From: Octopus sinensis
Lineage: Eukaryota
NCBI RefSeq assembly: GCF_006345805.1
Contig: NC_042998.1
Span: 73,222,001 to 73,286,000, forward strand
Length of the DNA stretch: 64,000 bases
Direction of reading: 5' to 3'
Shown: positions 1-13,356 of the stretch, piece by piece
How the letters are laid out: each line of letters opens with the position of its first letter
How positions within the stretch are numbered: the first letter of the stretch is position 1
Notes under the pieces: generated by a model
The model's input: the letters and a program-made list of their open reading frames with translations, nothing else
What the model was told of the DNA's origin: nothing
Databases searched by the model: none
Program-made: the position numbers and the translations under genes

Positions 1-30
1 AGGGTATACATATATATATATATATATATA

Positions 31-150
31 GTGGACGAATTGACGAATTGATTTGCAATGGTGGTGGAATACTTTCCATGTCATAAAAATGACAGAACGC
101 TTGCAACAGCGTTGGAGGGAATGAAATTTCAATTCCTCAAACACGCACTC
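31..150 (-). mobile_element. Short second copy of CR1/L2-type LINE ORF2 C-terminal segment
   Basis: Minus translation EELKFHSLQRCCKRSVIFMTWKVF parallels EKLKLRSLQRCCKHYIVFMTWKIF at 496-680; nucleotide similarity between 31-150 and 553-670 is visible. Confidence 0.7.
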
Positions 151-495
151 GGAGACGATTCATGTTGTGCTCGCATTTAATGGTGTCCCACTGTGTCTTT
201 TGTTTTCAGTGATTTTCCCTTTTTGAAACAACTTTACTCTTGCAAATGCCATTTATCTTTGTATACAACCAAGCGCTTCGTGTGAACGCCGGTCCTTCGG
301 GAAAAATTCAAAGATGGCACGTGGCTTCTGCTTGGAACCCGTTATTCTTTTGCAATGAAGAACACGCAGTTTCTGTGAGCAAACTAAGTCAAATCAAAAA
401 GAAAATGTTCAGCCTTATATTACCTGTTGGTTATGGAGATGACACAAATGGCAAAAGTAATGAGCACAGATCGAGGAATATGAAGAGCAACATTA

Positions 496-935
496 TTAAA
501 AACATATAGACTCAGTGGAACTGCATCTGCTGCGATCAGACAAGAATCGCCAGTGAATGGACGAATTGATTCGCCAAGCTGCTTGGAATATTTTCCACGT
601 CATAAAAACGATATAATGCTTGCAGCAGCGTTGGAGAGAACGAAGTTTGAGTTTCTCGAGACGATTCCAATACGCATATATCATGTTTCCTAATTTTATT
701 GTAATTGATTTCTAGGGCTCCTCAATGATTATAATATTTTATTTCGTGTACAGAGACCACAGCGGACTACAGTATTAGAAGTGAGTAGAGGCGAAATTGA
801 AGAGGAGAAGGTCAATATCAGGAGTGTCGATAGACCAAGAAATCCTGAGGATCCAGGAGCACACTTTGCGAACCATATCGACGTGGTTGTTAATGTGGGC
901 AGTCCAGCTTAAGCGGTTCTGGACGGTCACAAGAA
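496..935 (-). mobile_element. Degenerate CR1/L2-clade LINE fragment (post-RT ORF2 region)
   Basis: Minus translation LSWTAHINNHVDMVRKVCSWILR..F*YCSPLWS..YWNRLEKLKLRSLQRCCKHYIVFMTWKIF matches the CR1/L2 pattern HI..RxxGWILR..LEYCxxLWSP..YWERLxxLxLYSLQRRRERY..WKI; contains in-frame stops. Confidence 0.8.
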
Positions 936-1505
936 AGGTCCACGGAAATTAGTCGAAAGAGATATCTGCACTTATTTTTAAAATAAGTGAGACATTTTTC
1001 AGAATGTAATTAAATTAATTTATGCGAATTCCTCTATGTTGTGTTACATGATATTATCCTGTGAAAGTACGCTAAATTATTCTATTTCATACCACTTTAA
1101 TATCCACTTTTATTTCAACACATGAACATATACATTTGTGACGTACCTGCGCTATTGTGTGTGAATTTGAGTATGTTGATATATGTATGTGTGAGTAGTT
1201 GGATTCTATTTTTCTATACATATAGGTATTAATTCGTCAATTGGCTCTTAACCTTGAAGATTGAAATCCTCCTTCCTCACCCTCTTAGAAAGAAATATAC
1301 TTTTAGCTGACGAAAACAGTACAGAATAATTCTTTTTATTATAATTTTGACATATTTCTTCTCTGGCACAGATATCTATAAGATAGTTGTTTTCCGTATA
1401 GCATGTTTGTATCAATGGAAAAACTTAAGGATATACTTTAAATATAACATTCATGACTTTTATAATCTACCAATAAAAACAAAAATAAATGGCAGCTTTT
1501 TCCAG

Positions 1506-1589
1506 CAGCAAGTCAGATATGTGAAATGCTAACAAGATATTATTTAGCTTGTTTGAGAGAAGCAAATCAAAAGAGAAGTTTGGAATGCG
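1506..1589 (+). CDS. Candidate isolated 84-nt exon (ASQICEMLTRYYLACLREANQKRSLEC), unassigned
   Basis: tttttccag acceptor, CG|GTAAGA donor, open phase 1 to phase 1; no homology recognised. Confidence 0.2.
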
Positions 1590-1907
1590 GTAAGAGAGAT
1601 ATGCTGACATTTATGACAGCCGCACAAAGGTGTACCTTTCATGCTTATTTCTCTGCATATGTTTGTGACAGGTGCCTCTCTCCGCCTTCATTCTTGTATC
1701 TCGGCAAAGAAAAGGAGCGAAAAATTAGTCTAAATCCATTCAAGAAACACCTTACATTTGCAAAATTCTTTAAAAATATTAACCTTTTCAGAAGAAATAT
1801 CATGCTTATATAAACATTCTACTCAGGGATTTTAATATATATTTTCTAGAGCTACCAATTCCCTTTTTTTAAAAATTACGTTTACGTATTCACTATACCG
1901 GAAATGT

Positions 1908-2030
1908 TGGGGGATGGACTAGTCGATTACATCGACCACTGTGCTCAAGTGGTACTTATTTTATCAACTCCGAAAGGATGAAAAGCAAAGTCTATCTCGT
2001 CGAAATTGAAACGCAAAACATAAAGCCGCA
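1908..2030 (-). mobile_element. tRNA-derived SINE family B fragment
   Basis: gtcgattacatcgaccactgtgctcaagtggtacttattttatcaactccgaaaggatgaaaagcaaag is the reverse complement of the family B core seen at 17941 and 43197. Confidence 0.75.
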
Positions 2031-2672
2031 ATAAATGTTACAAAACATTTCACTCAGAGTTAAGTCTAATAATAACAGAACACCAAGTTGCTTTGTTGTC
2101 TTTCTGCCAAACAATAAAGCAACTTCCTATAGCATTCCATTTTGCTCTCAGTTGTAGTTTTAATAAACGTTATCTCTTCTGCCTTTTTAAGCAAATGTAT
2201 TCCTTATCATAATGAATTTCTTTTCTCTGCATTACAGGTAGAATTTTAATTAATTAAAATGAAGGCGACAAAAACATTGAGCATGTTTCATACCCATTTC
2301 AGTTTTTTTTAATGTATTCAGCGCTTCACAGACTTTTGTACTGAGAAGTATATTTGCACGAAAGTAAATCATACTTAATATTAACATAAAACTATCGAAG
2401 TAAATGATGCAATGCCGCAAGGATTAATTAGTTTTGTAAGATCAGGTATTGATGATAAAAGTTCAGTTTATAATCGTCTGTTCATAAATTAACCGTTAGG
2501 TGCATCAAACGTTGATGCCAAGAATCTTTCAGAATTGACTTCCCAAGCGATTAATTATTCTTATCATCTAAAGTATTTAAATGCTACCTTTTTGTCAGAT
2601 GTGGTTCTTGTGTATCATTTTACATCAATAATACTTCGCAAAAATATTTATTAAAGAAACATAAGATATATA

Positions 2673-2765
2673 TTATTCGTCTTTGGTGGAGTTGGTTGTC
2701 GAAGGGCAAAACGAATTTTCTCGTAGATGTTTCAATGTTGCTACCAGTTCGCTTATGTTACACTT
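2673..2765 (-). CDS. Candidate terminal exon (KCNISELVATLKHLRENSFCPSTTNSTKDE*)
   Basis: Phase-0 AG acceptor (weak pyrimidine tract), open to TAA; phase-compatible with the 3110-3306 candidate. Confidence 0.15.
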   Translation of the reverse strand, partial: KCNISELVATLKHLRENSFCPSTTNSTKDE

Positions 2766-2844
2766 CTACTGAGACTCGTGATAAGATTATTACATATCAT
2801 TTCCTCTTCTCCTCAAATATTTGACTGCTTGACGAACATTATAT

Positions 2845-2865
2845 ATATGTGTGTGTGTGTGTGTG

Positions 2866-2917
<52 letters not shown>

Positions 2918-2940
2918 AAATGTGTTTTCATGTCTGGATT

Positions 2941-2990
<50 letters not shown>
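2845..2990. repeat. (TG)n/(TA)n microsatellites
   Basis: Direct observation of long TA runs. Confidence 0.95.
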
Positions 2991-2994
<4 letters not shown>

Positions 2995-3109
2995 GTTTAA
3001 AAATGATGTCAACGTATTAAACAGACTTCATAAAAGTTGCAGAATTCTACCGTGTTTAATATAGCAGAGATCTAAGAACATACTGAAAAAGAAAGTATTG
3101 TCATATTAC

Positions 3110-3306
3110 CTTTAATTTAGGTATAATCTGATGTCGTTCACAGAAAGACAGTATTATATTGATTTGAGAAATGGCAGCTATTTCTAGCAGATTGAGTAGC
3201 ACAGTAAATATTTTGTCGATGTCTAAATTCAAAGCAACAGACTCGATAGATTGCTGCTTTGGCAGACTGCAAGTGTCTCGGGCAGCATCTATGACTCTAT
3301 AACATT
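3110..3306 (-). CDS. Candidate 197-nt exon (CYRVIDAARDTCSLPKQQSIESVALNLDIDKIFTVLLNLLEIAAISQINIILSFCERHQIIPKLK)
   Basis: Acceptor tttacttttttaaaag, donor AAG|GTAATA, open frame, non-repetitive composition; no family recognised. Confidence 0.35.
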
Positions 3307-4802
3307 CTTTTAAAAAAGTAAACATTTTAAATATAGGCATGGGGACCACAATATATGAAAATAAAAACTATATGTGTATTCATCATTATAGTAGTTAGCA
3401 GATGCTTATAATATTCACCTCTAAATGTTGAAATTCAAACGTAGTATAATTAGTATTTGGGTCCCAGTCTAAAAGGAATAACTCTTCTGATTCTGTCACC
3501 TATCATGATTTATTTGTGGACACTAATTACACTTTCTATAATATTCGGGGTCTCTTTTGTCTTTTGACAAGAGTATTGAGAATGCTACCCTAAATGCAAC
3601 ATTGTGCCAACTTAATGAATAGGGAAATATAATGAAAATATAATGCAAACCTCGTAATTTCAAAACTTTTTAGCGTTGAAGCAGTGACCATTTACTTACG
3701 TACAATCAATCTTGCAGAAAAAATCGATCTTGGTGATGGAATCGATCGATTACTGCGACCACTGCTGCTAGTACTACTTACATAATCTATCTATTCGTTA
3801 GTGCAATGCTACCGAGAAGTTCAGACTTAACGTACTTGTAGATGTATTTCATTTTAATAAGAAAGTACCTACGATACTTTCGGTATCAAGTCACTAAACT
3901 AAGAACAACAATAGAAAGTCACGAAAGTATCAAACACAGGTATAATAGAATACAGTTTTAATTCAAACTCCATTCTCATTTCTACGTTAGATATTAGAAT
4001 ATTCTGAGTAATAGTAATTTTGCTGATACACACCGATATTTTTTTAGCCCATGTTCTTCCGTGATCGGACAAACAAATGGTCAAAGTTCACCCGGGTTTC
4101 TAAAAATTGATAAAATTGTAACGTTCTCTTTATGCTTGATACGATGGAGTGTGATTTGAAGGCTACTAGTTTTAGCTAGTCAAAGTATAACATATATATT
4201 CAATCGTAAGCTTGGTTTATCAGCGGCATATAAATGGTGGTTCTAGTAAATAAACATCAACGCTGATCTATATTGAAAAACAGTGTGGCTGATTTCTATT
4301 CAGAGTGTCGATATTTATCTTTACTTCTCTTTTTACTACCGAAGGCAATTACGAATGTCCAAACATCCAATTATCTCTCTAAAAACAGCTTAGTCATTGT
4401 TTGTACTACAGTGAAAATGTATAAAGGAGGCTATGTATGTCAACTATGCAAGAATACATGATTAGTGTTTGGGTTGCACGCCAGCTTTTGGTGATGGGCA
4501 ACATCTGATAAAGAAATAGTTTAGGAAGGTATGAATCGCTGATACATCATTTATGGTGTGACATATTACTTGTGGATTTATTGCTAGCAAATGTAGACCA
4601 ATGATTCCATTGTATGTTCCTCACTTTCCTCTGTATTATCTCATTTTAATTTCATTGCCTCCATCTTTTCTCTTCCTCATTCTCTCACTCTCCCTCTCTA
4701 TCTCTTTCTATCTCCCTTTCACATATTTTTATGTTTATTGTTCTTCTGTGCTCGTTCGAATTAGATGATACACTCATTGAACGTTCTTTTCATTCTTCTA
4801 TA

Positions 4803-5147
4803 CTTTTACTTGTTTCAGTCATTTGATTATGGTCATGCTGGAGCACCGCCTTTAGCCAAACAAATCGACGCCAGGACTTATTCTCTGTAAGCCTAGTACT
4901 TATTTTATCTGTCTCTTTATCCGAACCGCTAAGTTGCGGGGAGGTAAACACAACAACATAAATTGTCAAGCGATGGTGGACGAACACGTACAGACACATA
5001 AACGTATATATATATATATATACGACGGGCTTCTTTCAGTTTTCGGCAACCCAATCCACTCACAAGGCTTTGATCGGCCCGTGGTTATAGTAAAAGACAC
5101 TTTCCCAAGGAACCACACAGTGGGACTGAACCCGAAGCCACGTGTGG
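4803..5147 (-). mobile_element. tRNA-derived SINE family A
   Basis: Body ttcagtcatttga..ctggagcaccgcctttag..gaaccgctaagt..ccactcacaaggctttg..gtgggactgaacccg (reverse B box) shared with copies at 9291 and 25897. Confidence 0.9.
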
Positions 5148-7020
5148 ACATATGCTTGATACCTACGTGCGCAGATTTTTATTCGACATATGTGAAGTTG
5201 TAAGGAATACAGAGCAGAGATATATTAACTATATTACCTCTATAGCTAATTGAGGACTTGTCCGAAATTATCGCACAAAAACATGAAGATTCAATATTAT
5301 ACCAAGTAAATTTTATCCAATGTTGAAGAGTGGAAGAGATGAAAATATCAAGTTGCAATATATAGATGAATTTTCAAAAATGTAAACTAAATTATTTCTC
5401 AAACAATTACCTAACTTATCATGTCTTTATAAACCGTAATCTTAGTCTTAAATGAAAAGTTCTAATACATCGGACTATTGCACTCTCCACGTCATTCCTG
5501 TGACTACGACAGCTGGATAGTATATAATATCAAATATATCTATTCAAGAGATTTCATGAAGCGAATCAGTAATCAATCTCGAGTGTGAAAGGGTGTATGT
5601 ATGTTAGAAGCAATAATGTACTGGCACCAAGTAAATCAATACGAATGATACCCCATCACTCTAAAGCATTATTTCGAACGGGTAGTGTTTGTAAGATGGA
5701 TACCATACATGAGAATGCCTTATCAAAACCTCCACTTTGAACTTACAGAAACCATTGCCTGCATGGAGGCACCTAATCTATGAAACGCGACAAATAAATA
5801 TGATATTTACCTATATATACAAAACAGAATTTCTGTGTGTGTGTGTATGTGTATGCTACATAATTTCCTTATTTTAAGGAATGAGGTATCAAGAGATTCA
5901 GTAATCTTTCGGTTACCAAACGATATATTTTTTGGCACAACGCTTTTTTACTACAAAAATAATCTCGAAGTCAGGTCGAACAATTTTAAGGTCATTTTTT
6001 TAGGAATATTTGAATTTGCTTAATTTCTGCAGTGTGAAAAAATTCAGCAATGCACAAGGAGTGTTATGAGTGCATTTGTGATGCACATAACTCTATTTGT
6101 CAACGGAAAATGGCCAAAAACACGTTTTAGGGAACAATTATTGGCAGATTTTCAGTCAATAATGGCCTTTGTGCCACATCTAAACTTCAGTATTCCATAA
6201 TTTAAGTATTGTGATACCATTTCTTTGCATAAAGTCCTATTTTTCAACAGAAAATTGCCTAATATACCGTGTTTCTGGCATAATTGTGTGCGTTTCTGGC
6301 ATTACTGCCGAAAACTAGTTATTCCTGCAGATTTTCATGGTAACAAACGACTCAGGAATGTCAAACAACGTTCTTAGGTTTAAATTCAATAAAATTTCCC
6401 CAGGGATTAAGCACAGTAAGGGCCTGTATACATTCAAGGGGAAAAGACGTGAAGCAATAACTGAAACCTTTTGAGCTTTGTTGCGTTTAACATTTTTCTC
6501 TTTATTCAACACAATTAATGCAAAGTTGCTCATCGTTTTTAGTGTATATTCATGCCTATCATTCATTCCATAAGCTGCAAAGTTCTTAAGTGTTTTACTA
6601 CAATCCCCTTATTTTTCACAGTGGTTGATCGTGTACTATAATTTGGGTGGTGCGACGGGAAGGGAAATAAATACGGACTTGATAACGTCAGTAAAGACAA
6701 CAATACCGTGCATCTACGTGAGGGGAAATTAACGTCAAATATACACGAGTCCACTCACGGTGCGTGTCCCTTCATTGGTCGGGATGCATACCATATTCAC
6801 TGTTTGGCACAATTTCAGATCAAGTTTTCCTTATCGGAGGCATGTACTGCAATACCAGTTGGTCATGGTGTTATTGTTATCAACGATACAGGCAACGTCG
6901 GAGTGCATCGTGTGTGGTGCGCACATTATGCTTCAACTTGAAAATTGAATATATATATATATATAAGAAATTAAAAAAGGAAAATACGCACACTTACATA
7001 GTTTTAATATAATTTTTAAT

Positions 7021-7055
7021 ATATCGACCGGTTTCGCTATCGCTATTCATGATAT
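7021..7055 (-). ncRNA. Core-deleted minimal hammerhead ribozyme remnant (PLE type)
   Basis: Minus strand ATATC-ATGA-ATAGCGATAGC-GAAA-CCGGTC-GATAT: 5-bp stem I, GAAA, palindromic ACCGGT, GUC triplet; CTG of CUGANGA is missing. Confidence 0.45.
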
Positions 7056-7094
7056 TATGTTTTACTTATTAGAATATATATTTTTTCTTAAGAA

Positions 7095-7178
7095 GAAATA
7101 TATATATATATATATATATATATAATGCAAAGTGGCTGTAGATCATAACCCTCGGGCAGCGCCGGACTACATTGCTAG
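7095..7178 (+). mobile_element. Mini non-autonomous Helitron-like element
   Basis: (TA)n start; 3' cgggcagcgccgg motif followed by CTAG|T, like the termini at 27936 and 28828. Confidence 0.5.
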
Positions 7179-9290
7179 TTCTACATAAGACAAACAACTA
7201 GGAAAAAGTATCTGATTCCGCCTCCATCATCACCTCAAATATAAGCAAGTATGTAGTGAAATCTCTCTTTGCTTTACATTATAACGTTCTCCCCAAAGGC
7301 AAAGAAAAAGTACAAGAATAAATATGCTTGGAAACGCTTTCTTTGACAGCTTCTGTCCATTTTCTAACCAACGGTTCAACTCAGATATTGGAATGCGCAG
7401 TAATAAAAAAGCAAAACAGCAACAAAATCTATGAAAAACATTCGGAAATATTCCTGAAAGCAAAAAAAAATCAAAGATACTTATAGAGGGTCGGTTAGGA
7501 AAATATATAGCAACGATATAATTGTGTTAACATTCATGCATGTAGATATATTGCAAGCACTTGTTGACTCAAGATCCGTCATCCTTCATTTTCATTCTTT
7601 TTTTCCTTCTTATAATTCTAATGCTAATTCTTCTGCTCCAGCTCCTTCCCTTCTCTATCACCTTCTTCCTATTCTTTTTATTCTCTCCCTTTCCTCGTCT
7701 TTCTCCCTTCCTCTTGTTTTCAGTTTGATCACGCTCATTTTCTCAGTTGATATCCCTTCTTTGAATTCACTTCACCTGCTGCTTTTATAAGTGCTTTCTC
7801 TCTGTGAGCATATGTTTAAATGTGGATGCGTGCATTGCATGCTGCGCAAATTGTTTGTTGACATAATTAGGGGTGTCTTAGCTTCAGTATAGGAAATGAG
7901 AGCGTATTTGCGTTTTCGCCTCTGCAACTATCTGAGGTTATATTAGTGCTAGTTTCCCTTCTCACTACATGCAGAATTACTAATTAAGACGAAAATAAAC
8001 AACTGTAAAAGGGAATCTTTCATTTAATTGTTTGCAGAATGCTATTTAGTTTCATTCCAGTTACTCAAGAAGCTTAGAAATAATAGTGGAGTTGGTGGCT
8101 GATAAAATAGTTTAATTAAATCCGATTAATGCAAAGCTTCATAGGCCATATTATTATCTTGATCCTCCTGAGCGTTCACACATATAATATCTTATATTCT
8201 TTCTAAACTTTTAAATTTCAGGTGAGTGAAAATTAATTATCAAAATCAAGATCCTTAATGATATACTTTTCAATAAGTTGATCTCAATTTTAAATAGAAA
8301 TATATTTGCCAATAGTAAAATAAATTTAATACTGCGATGCAATTTGCAAAGTTTCAATAAACCATTTCAGTTGACCTATTTTGATTCGTAACTTGGACTC
8401 ATCGCAAAATACATTAATAGCCATCTCTGCTACCGTTCTGTTATTGAACATTGATATGTTCACTTTTATTTCTGGATAGTTACATTATTAGGACTTTAAC
8501 CTACAATAATTTACACAGGATTGTACCTCAGAACTTTAGGACTTGCTTCTACACGATCGGAAAGTTGAGCTGTAAACTTTTATACTTCTTTTTTCTTCTC
8601 TTTCTTCATCTCCTTATTCTTTTTCTCCTGTCCTTTGTGTCATCATTTTCTCAATCTATTCCCTTCTTATTTTCCCTATTTGTCTTCGATAATGAAATAT
8701 CCCATACTCTGGGATATCCAAGAAAGGGCTGTGATACTTTCGATTATTCCAATAATAACGTATATGACTTGAGGTGTTTATCTTACCTTAATGTTTGTTG
8801 TCCTATTTAACAATTGTATATCCACTATATCGGAAATCTACAATGGCTCCAAAACTACAGTATCGGCTATAACCTTGGAGGCCTGGTAATCCGTTACAGC
8901 ACTTAACTAGCGTACCTAGTCGTTTAGATCACCTGTGAAGTAAAGCCGCATATATATATATAAGAATCATGAATTATTCTGTCTTCACAACTCCTCAATA
9001 TTAAATAAATTTCCAGATGTCATCTACTCTTGTAAACAGGTTTTACTCAACATTTATGCGTTATGATAATAATGGATGTAAATATGTTTTATATACATGG
9101 ACAACTGGTCACCCAGAAAGGGCCGTAGGATTATTAACTGGATTATTAGTACGCAAACTTTTGATCTTATTGACACGTAACTCTTTTTATGATTTCGTTT
9201 AATAATCTGTTAGTCGACCTATATATGTATCTATTTTTTCAACATATTTTTAATGTATATTCTTTCTCTCTCTCTCTCTCTCTTTCTCTC

Positions 9291-9500
9291 TTTTACTTGT
9301 TTCAGTCATTTGACTGCGGCCATGCTGGAGCACCGCCTTTAGTCGAGCAAATCTACCCCGAGAATTATTCTTTGTAAGCCCAGTACTTATTCTATCGGTC
9401 TCTTTTGCCGAACCGCTACGTTACGGGGACGTAAACACACCAGCATCGGTTATCAAGCAATGCTAGGGGGACAAACACAGACACACAAACACACACATAC

Positions 9501-9542
<42 letters not shown>

Positions 9543-9695
9543 GACAGGCTTCTGTCAGTTTCCGTCTCCCAAATCCACTCACAAGGCATTGGTCGGCCCG
9601 GGGCTATAGCAGAAGACACTTGCCCAAGATGCCACGCAGTGGCACTGAACCGGGAATCATGTGGTTCGTCAGCAAGCTACTTACCACACAGCCAC
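9291..9695 (-). mobile_element. tRNA-derived SINE family A (near full length)
   Basis: Minus head GTGGCTGTGTGG (A box) and GGTTCAGTGCC (B box), internal CA/TA microsatellite, family body. Confidence 0.9.
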
Positions 9696-9901
9696 GTCTG
9701 TATATTTATATATCTTTATATGTATATTTTTAGTGTATTGCTTACTATATATATTTTTGTATATCTATATATTTTTGATATTTCTGATGTCTTGAATATA
9801 CTTTGAGAGAAATTCATGCATGTTGGGTCTAGGGAGGAATAAATGTATATATGAACTTGATTTGCCTAACTTTGATTCTTACTTCTACATTAATATATAT
9901 A

Positions 9902-10854
9902 CATGGTGCGTAAGATATTTAAGGACAGATTTATGTTTATAAAATGAACAGATATATAATAACAGATGTTAACTTTATTTATCATAAAGATACTATGAGG
10001 TTAAAAAATAAACCTTCTTTTCTATAATATTATTCAATAAAGCCTCCTTCAGCTTCAAAACTGCTTCTCTATGAGATCTCAATCATCTACATGCTCGAAT
10101 CAAGTGATCCTGGTACATTTTCGACATTACTCTGACTATGGCAGCTTTCAAAGAATCTTTGGTGTTATGGGTGTATTCATTGATCTCTCTCTCAACAACG
10201 CTTCACATGTAATAGTCCAATGGATTTAGATCTGGGGTATTAAGAAGCCAAGCGTTAGGGGTTACGTGATCATGAAAATTTTCCGCCATCTTTTGCTGTG
10301 TTACTGGAGCCATGTGTGATAGCGCAGGGTCTTACTGAAACACATATGTCCTTTCTTACCAATTATTGCCAGGCGGCAGAGTTAACTCTAAGACGTTTCC
10401 TCATCATACAAGACTTATATTTGATGTCTTCGTGGACAACATTTCTGAATGTACCTTTGACACATGGAGATCTTTTGTAATAAATTTCATGAACTTTCTG
10501 GAATTCAATCAATGGTTTGTTAACTTGCTGGATAAATTCAGATGTGCTGATTTTTTCATGGAGTTTAGAAAATCTTTTTATGTTTCGAATTTGGTGAAAC
10601 ATTTCTATTTTCAGTCTCTAGCTTCTTACAAACTTTACAGGTGTAAGATTTAGCGACTTTTAAAAATCGAAATATTTCTAAATTGCTATGCTCAGCCTTT
10701 ATAACCACAATAACAGCATGCCTCTTCATTTCTTGGGTAAGATGAGGGTCTGCCATTACCATTATAATTTTCTGAAACAAAGATTATACAGAGTTAGCAA
10801 AATATTCAGCAATGACCCGAAAATGGTATGTCCTCAAATAATTTACGCACCATA
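9902..10854 (-). mobile_element. maT (DD37D)-like Tc1/mariner transposon, internally deleted, dead
   Basis: TIRs catggtgcgtaagatatttaaggacag and the complement of atgtcctcaaataatttacgcaccata, with TA flanks. Minus translations MADPHLTQEMKRHAVIVVIKAEHSNLEI, VHEDIKYKS and PDLNPLDYYM*SVVEREIN are typical of maT transposases. Confidence 0.85.
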
Positions 10855-11219
10855 TATATATACCTGCCTCCTCTTCCACTTCCTCCTCCTCATTCTTCTT
10901 CCTCTTCTTCTACCTCTTTGTATCCTTGCTCTTAATTCCCCAGCCTCTGCATAATCCCTCACCTACTTACTCATCTCAAACACACTTACTTTTTGTTCCC
11001 TCCCGATAGTAGACAAATAACAAGGTCTGGAAGACACACAATCTGACAGGATACCTCTGACGCAAGTCTCATGAAGCGCTTCTCTAATATCTAAAACCGC
11101 AAAACATTACGTAAACATTTTAGCGCAAAATTACTTTGCAATTACAGTTGGTACAGAAACAATTGTAACGAATCAATGAAAATGTATTAAAAAAGTTTCT
11201 TTCTGTTCAGCTTATAATC

Positions 11220-11247
11220 ACACACACACATACATACATACATAAAC

Positions 11248-11284
<37 letters not shown>

Positions 11285-11285
11285 C

Positions 11286-11333
<48 letters not shown>

Positions 11334-11420
11334 TATATATATATATATATATATGTACACCAAGCCTGACCTTCCTGTCCTGGTTCGACTACTATCCGAA
11401 CTATATATATATATATATAA
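11220..11420. repeat. Compound (CA)n/(CATA)n/(TA)n microsatellite
   Basis: Direct observation. Confidence 0.95.
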
Positions 11421-13356
11421 ACATTGTGTACACACTAGGAATGTGGCTATTATTATTCAATAAGTATTGGAGGTGAGCCAACTTTATTTGACAGGAGGCC
11501 TTCATCCCTCGTTCTAGTTTTTGTTGTTGATGTTTTCGTTATTTATCATCGCTAACTATTTTTAATGCACATCCCAGTTTCTTTTGTAGATGGAGTGAAT
11601 AGGTTATTCTTATGCTAACTATTCATGGAATAAGAGAAGTAATGTTTATGCGGTCTGCAATCAATATCTCTAGGCACAAACGCATGAAGGAAGACTGTTG
11701 GTAGTCAGTCGACCTTGTAGAATTAGCTTGTTAGATCTCCCTCAAGTTACATTGCTGTGTAATTTGAGAGTGGATTAGTTATATCAGACAGAGGTTTGCA
11801 TTCGTTTACGCATTTCTTAATACACAAAAGCGATCGAACGGTTGTAGTTTTTCTCCTTTTAAAACTCATAATCAAGATGTCAAGTAGTGGAATATATATA
11901 TTTTATAAGGTGGTGTCGAAGCTTTATGTTCTGATTCCACATATTGCTTGAGGTTCATTTTGGTGTGAGAAATAAATTTACAACTTAGTAAAAACAAATT
12001 AATAAAAAGTATGCGACCTCGCACAGCCACGCTCCTAATTCTGTGTTTTGAATATTGAAAATATAAGGAACTGTAAATTTGTTTTAATTGTATTAACTTT
12101 ATATTGGTTAGATATTACCTGTATAACATTTTATGAATTATATGCAGCCCCATCCACCTGAAAAGAACAGTTAAGAACAGTTATTAGAATCTTTATTTAT
12201 TTACATAGTTTGTATTAATATATTTTTCACAAATATGCCTATATTCAGTCAGGCACTTCAACGTAAAAGAATGTAAATTCTTAATGGCTATTATGATATG
12301 CAAAAAAAAAAATATATATGCACGAACCTCAAACGAAATACATGAACAATGAACACCATAAAATACGCATTAATAGTATTTACTATTTAATTAAATGACC
12401 ATTGTCGTTTTCAAGTCAAAGTGAGGTCAACTTTGTCTTGATGTCTGTACTTTTAATGTGAATTTGTGCCTATTTTCGAAGCATATTCTGATTCACAGGC
12501 TTTTGTCACTACGTTGATAGCATGATCGTCTCTTTGGCTATGACAAAGAAGAGGTATTGGCTATGACAGTCAAATTTATTTTTATTTGCTTGTCATTAAA
12601 TTTTTAGTGTTTAAATTTATGTAGTTATTTTTGTAAAATTATAATACAATTCAGCTCTGAAATATGAAAAACAAAAGAAAATCGTTTAACAAACGTATAC
12701 ATTTTCTAAGAAAAATTAATTTAACACATATTGAAATGTAATTTTGCCATGTGGAAGTAGTACCTACCAACTGTCTTATATCTCGATGTGTTTGCTATCT
12801 TTACTCATCAGATGTTTTACGTAAGGCTTCTACAGTGAAATATGATCAAATGTGTCATATTCATAAGCAATTTAGTATATATTTGTTAGGGATTATATGA
12901 TTAATATAGAAAATTAGGGTATTTAATTGGGAGTGTATGCGAGGACAACGAGGCGTCACGTAACCCTAGTTTTCATATATTTTATTTCAAATAACTGTGC
13001 ATACCGTGGAATTAAGTTTCCTTAAAAGTGTTTCTGTTTCGACCCTACTGAGGGTGTATGTGTAAAAGACAGAGTGAGAGGTTAGGCGTGAGTGAGAAAG
13101 GGAGAGAGAATGTGTGTTTGAGAGGAAAAGGGCGTGTGTGTGTTTATCAAAGAGAAAGAAAAAGAGTCGTATCCAAATCAGACGTGTTTTTCCGTTCCTA
13201 CACATTGTTTCAAGACGCAGATGTTTGCATAAATGTCTCAATGGACATTTAAACACATCGCAGGTCGCTCTGATCTCTAATGTGTCTCAGAATATGAAAT
13301 ATTATACGACATATTTCCCACTGCGCTGTGCGAAAAATTCAGGATTTCCTCCTTCA

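Noticed and set aside
5246-5305. Plus exon LIEDLSEIIAQKHEDSILYQ
   Set aside because: AG/GT bounded but with weak sites and no phase-compatible neighbour or homology.
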